UHGV virus genome: UHGV-0148455
Source of the DNA: a virus
DNA: 41,411 nucleotides
Reading direction: 5' to 3' (one strand)
In this document: positions 15,560 through 24,817 of the stretch, one piece after another
How the letters are laid out: each line of letters opens with the position of its first letter
Numbering within the stretch: the stretch's first letter is position 1
Notes under the pieces: model-generated
The model's input: the letters and a program-made list of their open reading frames with translations, nothing else
Database searches by the model: none
What the model was told of the DNA's origin: nothing
Translations under genes and position numbers: made by a program

Positions 15560-18500
15560 CTAAATTTTTATAAGAGTTTGACCTACTCTTTCTTGTTCTT
15601 TATTGATTTCATCAATCGTAAATCTAGCGTACTCCGTACCACCTAACTGGATCACGATATCACCAGTTAAACCGCTTGAGGTTGGTTGGTTATTTCCAAT
15701 TACATCAGCAACAGCACTACTTACAACACGTCCCATTGTTTGTAAGAATCCAGTATTTTCAAGTGGTACAACCGCTTCTTTACCTGCTTCCCCAATCATT
15801 GCAATTGTCGGGCTATCAACAATACCACCACGAGCAAGCCTTGGCAAACTAATACCATTGATATATCCTAATGAAACTCCCGGCAATGCATTAATAACTC
15901 CTATTACACCATTAATCATATTAATAAATCCATTTACTATATTTTCAATAGTTCCTAATACAGCATTAACTGCTCCTTTAAATGCTCCACCAACAGCACT
16001 TCCGACCATTTGACCAGCATTTACAAATATACTTTTTACAGTAGACCATACACCGCTGAAGAATGAACCTATAGAGCTAAATGCATTCTTAACCGCATTA
16101 TACGCACTAGTGAAGGTATTTCCAAACCAACTAGCAACGTTACTAAGTGCATTTGTTACATCATTCCATCTTGCTCCAAACCAAGAACCTAATGATTTAA
16201 ATATACCTGTCAGACCATCCCAAGCACTTTGGAATTTATCCTTAAACCATTGACCTATAGGCGATAGAATGTTTTTAACTTCATTCCATCTTTCACTAAA
16301 CCATTGACCTATCACTCTAAATATATTCGTTAAACCGTCCCATGCTTCTTTGAAACGTTCTGTGAACCAAGGTCCTACAACTGAGAATATTGTTACTATT
16401 CCATCCCATAAACCTTGGAAGAAACTAATAATTAATCCCCAAATACCTTTTACAGAGTTAAATGCAATTGTGAAATCTAAAATTATAGCGTCTAAAATTA
16501 TTTTAATAACAGCTTTCACTCTATCAAATCCAGTTTCAACAACAGTTTTAATTTGTTCCCAAACAGTTGAAATAACTCCGACTATAAAGTCCCAAACACC
16601 AACAAATATATCTTTCACACCTTCCCAAATTTTAGCCCAATCACCACTGAAGATACCTTCAAGAATTTTAAGTACTCCTGTAATAACATCAACTATTAAC
16701 TTAAATCTAGAAATTATCATCTGAATATTAGTTAAGAAGAAAGTTCCTATTCGTTCAATTATAGGAGCAATTACTGGAAATACATTATCAGCTAAAAAGC
16801 TAAGGAATGGCACTAATACATTTTCCCATAATTTTTTTAGTATATCGAAAACAGTACCTAATAGATTACCAACACTTTCCATAGTTGGTTTAATGTAATT
16901 TTGATAAGTATTTTGGAATCTATCACCTAATTTTTTTAAAACTGGATTGATGTAATTATTAAATGAATCATATAGAATACCTGTTATTTTAGAAAATCCT
17001 TTCCAAAATGAATCAATAAACGGTTTAATATGTTCATCATAAACCTTATTAAATATAGCAAACCCGTCTTTTACAAAATCCTTAATACTTTCTGAAACTG
17101 GTCGTAAGGCTTCTAATATACCTATGTAAGTTTGAGTAATTTTTCCTTTATTCTCGCTTAATGTTTGTTCAATTCCTGAATACATATCACGACCTAATTT
17201 TAATCCTACATCAACAACACCCATAGTAGCGTATGTTAATGTTGAAATTATATTAGCTCCAATATCTGTTGAAGGTTGACTAGTTATAATATCATAGAAA
17301 ATATTTGAGATATCAGCTGCAATATTACCAATACTACCTACTATATCTCCCATTTCTAAGAAACTTCGCATTAGCCAACTTTTAATATCAAGTCTAGTTT
17401 CCTGCAACGATTTATTAAGACTTTCAGCAATAAATACGGCTATTCCTAGTACAACATTAGCTAACGCCGCTGTTGTTTGTCCTAATGCAAAAGCTAGTCG
17501 TTCTAAGAATGTTCCGGCCGTTCGTGCAACTAAACCATCACCAAATATTATTTCTAAAGACTCTTTAATACCCATAAGCGATTTTTTCAGTTGTTCAATA
17601 CCTTCTTCTCTGAAAGTAAGTTTCCAACCAAGACTAAATAAGTTCTTTAAATGCTCAAGAAAAGCTAATAACGGTTTAAGTTTTTCAAGAAGTCCATCAA
17701 ACATAGTATTATATTGTGTACCTCTGTCAGAAATGGCTATATCAGGTAAAATATCTTTACCACCAGCACCTTTCCCTTTGCCGCCTTTTCCTCCGCCACC
17801 TCCTCCAGAACCTCCAGAGTCGTCGTCAGAGTCATCATTCTTTTTATTTAATAGGTTAATTTCATCAAACCCCATTAAACCACGTAATTCTTTTACTGCT
17901 TTTTTAGCGGCTTTACCTGCTTTTCCTACATTGTCAGCTAGGTTGCCAGCTCCTCCGCCAGCGTCATCTAAACTATCAGCTAAATCTCCAGCCGCATTCC
18001 CTGCACCTTGCAAGCCTTGGGTAGCATTATTTACAGCCCCTGCAACTCCATCAGTACTACTTACTTTCTTATCGAATAGTAATTGAATAAATTCGGCCAA
18101 CTTCGCCGTTGCTGTTCGAATAACACTAGCAAAAGCATTTAAAATAGGCATAATAGCATTAATTATAGGTAAAAACGCATTACCGATATTTAACGCTGAA
18201 TCTTTCATCAAAGCTTTAAACGTTGATATTCTGTTATTAACGTTATCTTGTAATGTATCTCCATAGCGTTTTGTTGCTTGTTCTAAAATTGCCATCAACC
18301 TTATTTGTTGTTGGGTTTGGAAGTCTAATTGTTGCCAACTTTGACCATTAGCGAACTTCTTAAACGCTTCAGTACTTTCAATCATACTAACGTTAACCAT
18401 TACCCCTAAGTCTTCAATAGCTTCAGTATTCCCAAGCAAACCGCTTCGGATACGTTCCATAACGTCAGTCATAGTTCGTCCTGTTCCCTGTGCAATGATT

Positions 18501-18937
18501 GAAGATGTTTCCAACAGTTTAGCTGTATATCCTGCTAATTTATCCTGATTTTTAATGAAACCAGCCAGTATATTTCCATAGGTTGATCCGTATTTTATAG
18601 CCTCAGCCTTACTCATATTAAAAGCTAATGCATTATTTTCAGCCCATTTTAAGAAAGCTTGAGAACTTTCACCCATAAGTCGTTGAATTTGGTTCATAGA
18701 AGCCTGAACTTCTAACGCTGTTTGAACTGAATATTTACCTAATTGATACAACTCTCTAGCTAATATACCTAAAGCGGCTACTTTTGCTAAGCTTGAAAAC
18801 ATATTTTTTAATCCGCTAAGCTTATTTTTTACGTTATTAGTTGATTGAGTTACTGTATTCTCCATTTCTTTCATTTTTTGTTGAAATGGTTTCAATTCAG
18901 CGTTGATAACGACTTTTAATTCTTCTAATGTTGCCAT
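15560..18937 (-). CDS. Tape measure protein
   Basis: 1125 aa, helical, with W/F-periodic repeats and C-terminal LARGGIVDSPT..IGEAG.EAVVPL. Confidence 0.95.
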   Translation of the reverse strand: MATLEELKVVINAELKPFQQKMKEMENTVTQSTNNVKNKLSGLKNMFSSLAKVAALGILARELYQLGKYSVQTALEVQASMNQIQRLMGESSQAFLKWAENNALAFNMSKAEAIKYGSTYGNILAGFIKNQDKLAGYTAKLLETSSIIAQGTGRTMTDVMERIRSGLLGNTEAIEDLGVMVNVSMIESTEAFKKFANGQSWQQLDFQTQQQIRLMAILEQATKRYGDTLQDNVNNRISTFKALMKDSALNIGNAFLPIINAIMPILNAFASVIRTATAKLAEFIQLLFDKKVSSTDGVAGAVNNATQGLQGAGNAAGDLADSLDDAGGGAGNLADNVGKAGKAAKKAVKELRGLMGFDEINLLNKKNDDSDDDSGGSGGGGGGKGGKGKGAGGKDILPDIAISDRGTQYNTMFDGLLEKLKPLLAFLEHLKNLFSLGWKLTFREEGIEQLKKSLMGIKESLEIIFGDGLVARTAGTFLERLAFALGQTTAALANVVLGIAVFIAESLNKSLQETRLDIKSWLMRSFLEMGDIVGSIGNIAADISNIFYDIITSQPSTDIGANIISTLTYATMGVVDVGLKLGRDMYSGIEQTLSENKGKITQTYIGILEALRPVSESIKDFVKDGFAIFNKVYDEHIKPFIDSFWKGFSKITGILYDSFNNYINPVLKKLGDRFQNTYQNYIKPTMESVGNLLGTVFDILKKLWENVLVPFLSFLADNVFPVIAPIIERIGTFFLTNIQMIISRFKLIVDVITGVLKILEGIFSGDWAKIWEGVKDIFVGVWDFIVGVISTVWEQIKTVVETGFDRVKAVIKIILDAIILDFTIAFNSVKGIWGLIISFFQGLWDGIVTIFSVVGPWFTERFKEAWDGLTNIFRVIGQWFSERWNEVKNILSPIGQWFKDKFQSAWDGLTGIFKSLGSWFGARWNDVTNALSNVASWFGNTFTSAYNAVKNAFSSIGSFFSGVWSTVKSIFVNAGQMVGSAVGGAFKGAVNAVLGTIENIVNGFINMINGVIGVINALPGVSLGYINGISLPRLARGGIVDSPTIAMIGEAGKEAVVPLENTGFLQTMGRVVSSAVADVIGNNQPTSSGLTGDIVIQLGGTEYARFTIDEINKEQERVGQTLIKI

Positions 18938-18956
18938 TTGCTCCTCCTTTCAAGGT

Positions 18957-18991
18957 AAAATAAAAAAGCCAATCATTATTGATTGACTTTA
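18957..18991 (-). terminator. Terminator of the Zn-ribbon moron
   Basis: AAAGTCAATCA-ATAA-TGATTGGCTTT-TTTATTTT. Confidence 0.75.
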
Positions 18992-18998
18992 ACTTTGA

Positions 18999-19286
18999 TT
19001 ATTTCCAATGATATCCGCAATGTTTACAAATTTTATAGTTTTCAACTGTGTTTTGTATTTTATATTTCTTCGGCAATAAAAACTTAAATGGAATTACAAA
19101 TATTCCCATTATTAAATAAAAAACTACCCATTTAAATAAAACCCACGCCCAACCTATTGTTATCCACCATAGAAAACTTTTTCCTCTTGGCTTTAAATCT
19201 TGATGGTTAACCAATTGAAATTGAATATCTCGTGAATTACATTGCGGACACATTAACGGCATTGTAAAATTATTCTCTTTACTCAT
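18999..19286 (-). CDS. Membrane protein with split Zn ribbon (CxxC-TM-CxxC), moron
   Basis: CPQC...Trp-rich hydrophobic segment...CKHCG; own TGc-TATAAT (19318-19310), AGGAGG RBS and terminator. Confidence 0.8.
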   Translation of the reverse strand: MSKENNFTMPLMCPQCNSRDIQFQLVNHQDLKPRGKSFLWWITIGWAWVLFKWVVFYLIMGIFVIPFKFLLPKKYKIQNTVENYKICKHCGYHWK

Positions 19287-19310
19287 AAATACATAACCTC
19301 CTATTAGAGA

Positions 19311-19685
19311 TTATAGCATATTATTCGCCCGTTGAGAATTATACCTCATTGCAAATTCTCTCATTCGTTCCTTATGTAATTCTAATTCATACTCAACTCT
19401 TTTTTTCTCGATTTCTTCTTTTTCTTTCTCGAAAACATAGTCAGGAGCACAATTCCATAATTCGGGTGGTTTAGCGTCTTTACTTAACATAGGTGCTAAC
19501 CATTCAACAACACTTTTAGCCAAATAATAATCACGGATATATTCATTTTTCCTGTTAAATTCTAATACACGATTTCTACTATCAATAATATCTGTTATTT
19601 CTTGTATTGAATATTCCCAAAATAAAGTAGGAGTTATCCCTACATCTAGTGCAATAGGGTACAACTCCCCAATATATTCAGTCAT
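19311..19685 (-). CDS. Tail assembly chaperone, second ORF (probably a -1 frameshift product)
   Basis: ALDVGITPTLFWEYSIQEI motif; the -1 frame is open back into the upstream chaperone across GGAAAAA (19718-19712). Confidence 0.8.
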   Translation of the reverse strand: MTEYIGELYPIALDVGITPTLFWEYSIQEITDIIDSRNRVLEFNRKNEYIRDYYLAKSVVEWLAPMLSKDAKPPELWNCAPDYVFEKEKEEIEKKRVEYELELHKERMREFAMRYNSQRANNML

Positions 19686-19693
19686 AGTTTCTA

Positions 19694-20056
19694 TTATTTT
19701 AGAACTTTGACTTTTTCCGCTTTCTTCTCTTCCTTCGGAATAAAACCCGAGTCTTGCATTAACGGAATTAATACTTCCATTAATAAATCCATTTGATCGT
19801 GTCCTTCGTCTAAATATTCGTCAAAAATATTCATTACATCATCAAATTTCAACCCATGTTGGTATTTTGTAATAGCACCATGAAGTACATATAACATAGT
19901 TTTTAGAGGAGGTAATGGAAAATCATCATTAAAATTAAAGATTTTAACAATATTTACCCCTAAATTCTCCTCAAGTTTACATACTGCTGATGTTGTTAAT
20001 TTTAGTTTATATTCTTCTTTACCTACTTGCCAAGTTGTATATGGTTTCTTTGTCAT
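19694..20056 (-). CDS. Tail assembly chaperone (DUF6096-like)
   Basis: EYKLKLTT..VCKLEENLG; lies between major tail and tape measure genes. Confidence 0.82.
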   Translation of the reverse strand: MTKKPYTTWQVGKEEYKLKLTTSAVCKLEENLGVNIVKIFNFNDDFPLPPLKTMLYVLHGAITKYQHGLKFDDVMNIFDEYLDEGHDQMDLLMEVLIPLMQDSGFIPKEEKKAEKVKVLK

Positions 20057-20079
20057 CTATGTTAATTTCCTTTCTTATC

Positions 20080-20496
20080 TTACATTACTACTGAAGCGTC
20101 TACGAATACTAAATCTGACTGTAAAGCAATTTTAAGTGTAAATTCAATAACACCATTTACACCACCACCGCCAAGTTTTACTGCAACTTGACCTCTAAAT
20201 GTTACTGTTGTACCGTCTGGATATGTTTGTTTAAAGTTAAGAACCTTTTTAGCGTCCATAGCTTTACGTAATACTCTAAATGGTGATGTTGCTGTTTTAT
20301 TTTCATACTTAAATTTGTATTCTAGTTCCCCAGCGTCTCCAATTCCTAACTCATATTGTTTTACAGTATCAGCTAGTGTTGTATTTTCTACTTTCTCAGG
20401 TTCAACCCCTAATTCGGGTACTTCCTTAAGCCCTGTTAACAGAGTATAACCACTTGTTGTTTCACTATATTCTAATTTAATTCCGTTTGCTAACAT
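20080..20496 (-). CDS. Major tail (tube) protein
   Basis: LKEVPELG.EPEKVENTTL.D..KQYELGIGD.G...YPDG motifs. Confidence 0.9.
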   Translation of the reverse strand: MLANGIKLEYSETTSGYTLLTGLKEVPELGVEPEKVENTTLADTVKQYELGIGDAGELEYKFKYENKTATSPFRVLRKAMDAKKVLNFKQTYPDGTTVTFRGQVAVKLGGGGVNGVIEFTLKIALQSDLVFVDASVVM

Positions 20497-20497
20497 A

Positions 20498-20869
20498 TTA
20501 GCCCTCCATTCTATATTGATATACTATATTTGTATCAGGATCATATATCCCTTCAAATCTCATAACTTTATGCCTTAAATTACTTGGGTCTGGCATATCT
20601 TGTGCCATAGTTCGTTTCAACCCTAAAGAACTAAATACTTTATCTACTTCTACGGCTATGTTAGAAGTACTTTCCTTATCGAAAATATCGACTTTGTAAC
20701 GTAAATAAGTAGTCTCTTCTACACCATTATCTAGCCATTCATGAGGTTTGTTCTCCTCTTCTAAATAAATTACAACAGGGAATGTCTCCCAATCAGCTGG
20801 ATAAGTGTCCGTTACATTTGTCGCTATTTTAGCCAACTCCTTATATATTAACGGTTTAACATTAATCAT
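20498..20869 (-). CDS. Tail terminator protein
   Basis: Synteny; FPVVIY.E...YKVDIF...LGLKR pattern. Confidence 0.75.
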   Translation of the reverse strand: MINVKPLIYKELAKIATNVTDTYPADWETFPVVIYLEEENKPHEWLDNGVEETTYLRYKVDIFDKESTSNIAVEVDKVFSSLGLKRTMAQDMPDPSNLRHKVMRFEGIYDPDTNIVYQYRMEG

Positions 20870-21384
20870 TTTGTTATCTCCTTCAATTTTCTACTTAAAT
20901 ACTTTTCCATTTCAGCTAAAACTTTGGCTCTATTGTTCTTCAAGGCTGGGTACATAAACGGTTGTGCTGCTTGTCCCTCAGTCTTATAGAACTTACCAAC
21001 GGGCGTATCTATGGTGAAGAAATTATATGCTGATAAGTATCCACCCTCAACCATGCTTTCATGAAACCACCAAGGAGTATTTCTATAAGATGGTCTAACA
21101 TTTGGACTTATTCCACCATGATTACTAGCTCCTACACTACCTGTTCCGAATTCAACAAATACAGCTGATGGTTCATTAGTATAAACAGAACCTTTCAAAC
21201 CATCAACCTTTGTTCTTATACTATTTCTAGTTCGTCCAGAGTTAGTTGGCACTAATAATTTAGCTTCAGATTGAACTATTTTAGTTCCTCTACTGACTCC
21301 AGCTTTTATAATTTGTTCTCCCGCTGTTCCACCTATTCTATGGATCTTATTAATCAATCTGCTTACATTTTGTATTGCAGTCAA
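20866..21384 (-). CDS. HK97 gp10-like tail completion protein
   Basis: AKLLVP..SGRTRNSI, FVEFGT, AQPFMYPAL motifs. Confidence 0.88.
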   Translation of the reverse strand: MTAIQNVSRLINKIHRIGGTAGEQIIKAGVSRGTKIVQSEAKLLVPTNSGRTRNSIRTKVDGLKGSVYTNEPSAVFVEFGTGSVGASNHGGISPNVRPSYRNTPWWFHESMVEGGYLSAYNFFTIDTPVGKFYKTEGQAAQPFMYPALKNNRAKVLAEMEKYLSRKLKEITK

Positions 21385-21698
21385 AGTTTTTTTAACTCCA
21401 CTAATTTATGAAATGTATATTTTTTAATAGATACTACTTCATAGTTAGGTGTCTCACTATTGATACAAATTCCATCACGCTCATTTATTTCAGTAGTACG
21501 TTCTATTAGCATATTTAACATGTAATTTAATTTTTCACCATATACTTGGGCTTGAATACGTCCTGAAGCTGGATATATTTCAGCATTAATAATATATGCA
21601 TTCTCTTTATACCCTTTAAAACGTACCCCTTCATCATTAGTCTTAACTATGTATTTAAATATCTTGTAAGGTTTCAGCCTGTTCTTTTTCAAACGCAC
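21381..21698 (-). CDS. Head closure/stopper protein
   Basis: Synteny after the connector; 105 aa, beta-rich. Confidence 0.7.
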   Translation of the reverse strand: MRLKKNRLKPYKIFKYIVKTNDEGVRFKGYKENAYIINAEIYPASGRIQAQVYGEKLNYMLNMLIERTTEINERDGICINSETPNYEVVSIKKYTFHKLVELKKL

Positions 21699-21984
21699 GA
21701 CCCGAACACCTCGCTAACCTGTAAGAAGATAAAGTATTTTTGATATGTGAGGGTAAGCCATCACGATAAACAATAGCTATCCCGCCTTCAGTTCTTGACG
21801 CTTCGCCCTCACTACCTTGTTTATTGAACATTTCTACCGCTATTTCTAACGCTATACGTTCTAATTCAGGAGTCAAAACTCTCCTGTTAGTTTCTGCTAA
21901 TACTATATTATTAGCCCTTAACAAAAGAAGAGAAAGGACTTTTACGTCACTTTCTCCAGTTAATAGTTCTAATTCATTAAGCAT
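21655..21984 (-). CDS. Head-tail connector (SPP1 gp15-like)
   Basis: FNKQGSEGEASRTEGGIAIVY...LSSYR motif. Confidence 0.85.
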   Translation of the reverse strand: MLNELELLTGESDVKVLSLLLLRANNIVLAETNRRVLTPELERIALEIAVEMFNKQGSEGEASRTEGGIAIVYRDGLPSHIKNTLSSYRLARCSGRAFEKEQAETLQDI

Positions 21985-21994
21985 AGGAAACCTC

Positions 21995-22216
21995 CTATTC
22001 TTTTGTTACTACTGTTTCACTAGTCTTTTTATCTTCAGTATTAGCTGAAGTAGTTTCTTCTGTTAATTCTTCAAGATATAATTCAAAGCCACCTTGTTGT
22101 TCTAACGCTACTTTAATTTCTTCTAATCTTTTACCAGTAACCTCAAAAACTTCTCCAGCATGATAAGTCTGTGATGTTTTCGTGTCGAAAATTGGATTTT
22201 TGACTAAAAATTTCAT
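21995..22216 (-). CDS. Small head-associated protein
   Basis: F.D....YHAGEVFEV...R.EEI pattern directly after the major capsid gene. Confidence 0.7.
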   Translation of the reverse strand: MKFLVKNPIFDTKTSQTYHAGEVFEVTGKRLEEIKVALEQQGGFELYLEELTEETTSANTEDKKTSETVVTKE

Positions 22217-22229
22217 ATAAAAACCCCTC

Positions 22230-23069
22230 CTATAGTTCAGCTGTTACTGTAATTTTAACAACTTTTTTAGCATTTTGTAAGTAAACACCATAATGGCGAT
22301 CAGCTGTAATTACAGTAGTTTTATTAACGATATTTCTATCGAATTCTGTTAATACATCACGTTTTAATAATACTTTGAACGCTTTAGTGTCAACATCTTC
22401 ATTTAAACTAGTTTGAATTAAAAATGCTTCGTTCTCTTGGCATTTTCTAGAACGTACAACTTGTGTACTTAACACTTCTCCGTATGTCCCGCTTACCACT
22501 CTATCAGTACCAACTTGAGTACCTGTCAACCATTCTTTAGCAGCATTTAATCTTAGTTTAGAAGCTGCTTTAGGGTGACAAATTAAAACGTAAACATCGT
22601 CATTTTCACTTTCAAAGATATCTTGTGCATTAGATAAGTCTTCTACTTTAAAACCGCTCTTAGTTGTATATGTTTGAGTTGCTGTTTTAGCCGCTGCTAA
22701 TACATCATTATCAACTTTTTGGTCAATAGACTTAGCAATTTGTCTTACAGCCGTGTTAATCGGGTCTCCTAAACCTCCTAATACTGACTCGTCAGTAAGT
22801 TCTACCCCTTTACCAGCTTTTTTAATTGTCATTTCTGTTGATTTTTTACCTAATTTAGCAAGCGGAATTGCTGTTCCCTCTGCTACGTCTTCAGCGTCAC
22901 CAATATAATTCCATTGCGGTACTGTTAATGTTGTCCCGGGTTGTCCTACTAATGTTGTATCTACCTCAGCTAACGGAGAAAATACGATTGATTTACCTAC
23001 TGTTTCATTTAACATTTCTGCTACTACTTGCGGATCAAATACATCCGTCATCATTGTTACATTTGCCAT
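22230..23069 (-). CDS. Major capsid protein (N4-gp56 family-like)
   Basis: DTTLVGQPGTTLTVPQWNYIGDAEDVAEG...KKAGKGVELTDE. Confidence 0.93.
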   Translation of the reverse strand: MANVTMMTDVFDPQVVAEMLNETVGKSIVFSPLAEVDTTLVGQPGTTLTVPQWNYIGDAEDVAEGTAIPLAKLGKKSTEMTIKKAGKGVELTDESVLGGLGDPINTAVRQIAKSIDQKVDNDVLAAAKTATQTYTTKSGFKVEDLSNAQDIFESENDDVYVLICHPKAASKLRLNAAKEWLTGTQVGTDRVVSGTYGEVLSTQVVRSRKCQENEAFLIQTSLNEDVDTKAFKVLLKRDVLTEFDRNIVNKTTVITADRHYGVYLQNAKKVVKITVTAEL

Positions 23070-23077
23070 ATTTATTA

Positions 23078-23650
23078 TTATCCTTTCATTACTCTATTAT
23101 ATTCATCTGGATTTTTTGTTTTAAAATCTAGTCTTTCTTGGTATTTCATTTTTGTTAATGCTTCCTTCGTAATACCATTTGAATTTTGAGGTGCTTTAGT
23201 TAGTGGTTGCGTACCTTTTAATTTTTCAGCGATACCCTTTTGAACTGCTTGTTCCCACTGTTTACCAACCGCCTCAATAGAAGCTTTAACCGTGTCAGCG
23301 TCCGTTAAATCAATAACCCCTGCTAAATCAACAGGTAAACCACGTTCGTTTAAAATTGACTTAGCTTCCGCCATTAATTCACGTCTTGCTATTTCCTGCT
23401 CACGCTTATCAAGTTCAGCTTGTCGTTTATCTTGATTATATTTTGTTTTTTCGTCTGCATTCATAGATTTAAGTTTCTTAGCTTCACTTTGTTCAGCTTC
23501 TTGTTCTTTTTTCCATTTAGCAAACTTCTTATTAATAATCTCATCTACTTCAGCGTCACTATATTTCTTGCCGTTAGGTTGTTCTTTAGTTGGTTCAGCT
23601 GTTACCTTCTCTTCTTCAACCGTCTCGACATTATTTAACTCTTGATCCAT
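23078..23650 (-). CDS. Capsid scaffolding protein (DUF4355-like)
   Basis: KYSDAEVDEII..KFAKW, coiled coil, upstream of the major capsid gene. Confidence 0.88.
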   Translation of the reverse strand: MDQELNNVETVEEEKVTAEPTKEQPNGKKYSDAEVDEIINKKFAKWKKEQEAEQSEAKKLKSMNADEKTKYNQDKRQAELDKREQEIARRELMAEAKSILNERGLPVDLAGVIDLTDADTVKASIEAVGKQWEQAVQKGIAEKLKGTQPLTKAPQNSNGITKEALTKMKYQERLDFKTKNPDEYNRVMKG

Positions 23651-23779
23651 GTTTGAACCTCCTATTTTTTAAGTCGTCCCCGACTATTTTTCCATACAGT
23701 TTTACACCTTAAATGCTTGGGTATAATAAAAAGACAGTTTAACGTCATATCTAGGACGGTTTAATAAAATTAAACGTTA

Positions 23780-24817
23780 TTATTGTTTATCAACATATTT
23801 TTTATACCATTCGTTATAACTCATATTACCCGGTATAATTATATTTTTACCTGTTTTAGGGTCTCTAGCCCTTCTAGATAGTTCTGATATGTTTTCAGTA
23901 TCAAGTACTGGTATTGTTGTTGACCTACAGAAGGGGTGTAATGGCGGGAAGTTAACTCCGACTTGTCTTTTAGATACCTCATATACTTTATGGTCGTGTT
24001 CACGGCAAATATGAGATGTTCTAATATCCAATACAGCCACAAACCTATATTTATCTATATCAGCTTCAATATAACTTAAAGCTTCCATTTCATTATTAAT
24101 ATAAGCTGTTTCAGTCCTTACTAATCGTTTAGCCTTAAATTCTCCAACATTAAACCTATTAGATATCTCATCAATTACTAGTTTCTCACTCTTTCCAGTA
24201 AGTACAGCTTGTGTTACTTCATCTTTTAAAGTATTTGATAACTCTGTTGCATTATCCCACACTCTATCTCTATAGTTTTTATTTTCCCATGGTACAGCTA
24301 ATAGTTTTTCAACCAAATCTTCATCTAATTCATTAAAACTAAACCCTATTCCAGTTTGTGTTTGAATTTGATGAATACTACCATAATATCCGTTTTCGGC
24401 AACTTCCTTATACAGGTCTGTTGTTTTTCTCAACTCATTTCTAGCAATATATCGCTGTACATTATCAATTTCATCTAATAGCTTTTGAAGTCTATTAATA
24501 CGGGAAACATAAGTCGCACTACTCAACATTTCAATAGTTTGTTTAATTTTCGGTGTACTTGGTAATAAGGATAAAGCTGGAATTAACTTCTTATTCTTTG
24601 TCCTCATTATTTTAATAACCTGTTCAGCTTCCTTTTTAGAAAGCCCGTATTCAGCTTGAAATTTATTAAATATCCCTTTAATACTCTTTTCAATATGCTT
24701 TCTAGAGTGATTATATACTTTTGATATCTCATCAAAGGTAACATCAGCCCTTGCAATCTGAGAGTGTATCATTTCAGCCTTTCTATGTTCCCAGTACTTA
24801 TTGTTCTTCTTGTTCAT
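23780..24817 (-). CDS. Minor capsid protein, MuF / SPP1 gp7 family (no C-terminal extension)
   Basis: AKRLVRTE, LDIRTSHICR and PPLHPFCRST motifs. Confidence 0.92.
   Translation of the reverse strand: MNKKNNKYWEHRKAEMIHSQIARADVTFDEISKVYNHSRKHIEKSIKGIFNKFQAEYGLSKKEAEQVIKIMRTKNKKLIPALSLLPSTPKIKQTIEMLSSATYVSRINRLQKLLDEIDNVQRYIARNELRKTTDLYKEVAENGYYGSIHQIQTQTGIGFSFNELDEDLVEKLLAVPWENKNYRDRVWDNATELSNTLKDEVTQAVLTGKSEKLVIDEISNRFNVGEFKAKRLVRTETAYINNEMEALSYIEADIDKYRFVAVLDIRTSHICREHDHKVYEVSKRQVGVNFPPLHPFCRSTTIPVLDTENISELSRRARDPKTGKNIIIPGNMSYNEWYKKYVDKQ

Noticed and set aside
15603..18086. + strand ORFs opposite the tape measure gene (and similar ones at 249, 5284, 8055, 9680, 11643, 21824, 22868, 26944, 27695, 34256, 38900, 41126; minus-strand ones at 2588, 4111)
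   Set aside because: Antisense shadows of real genes, with no RBS or recognisable motifs.
23701..23727. + strand promoter TTTACA...TATAAT in the scaffold leader
   Set aside because: The spacer is only 15 bp and there is no downstream + strand unit.
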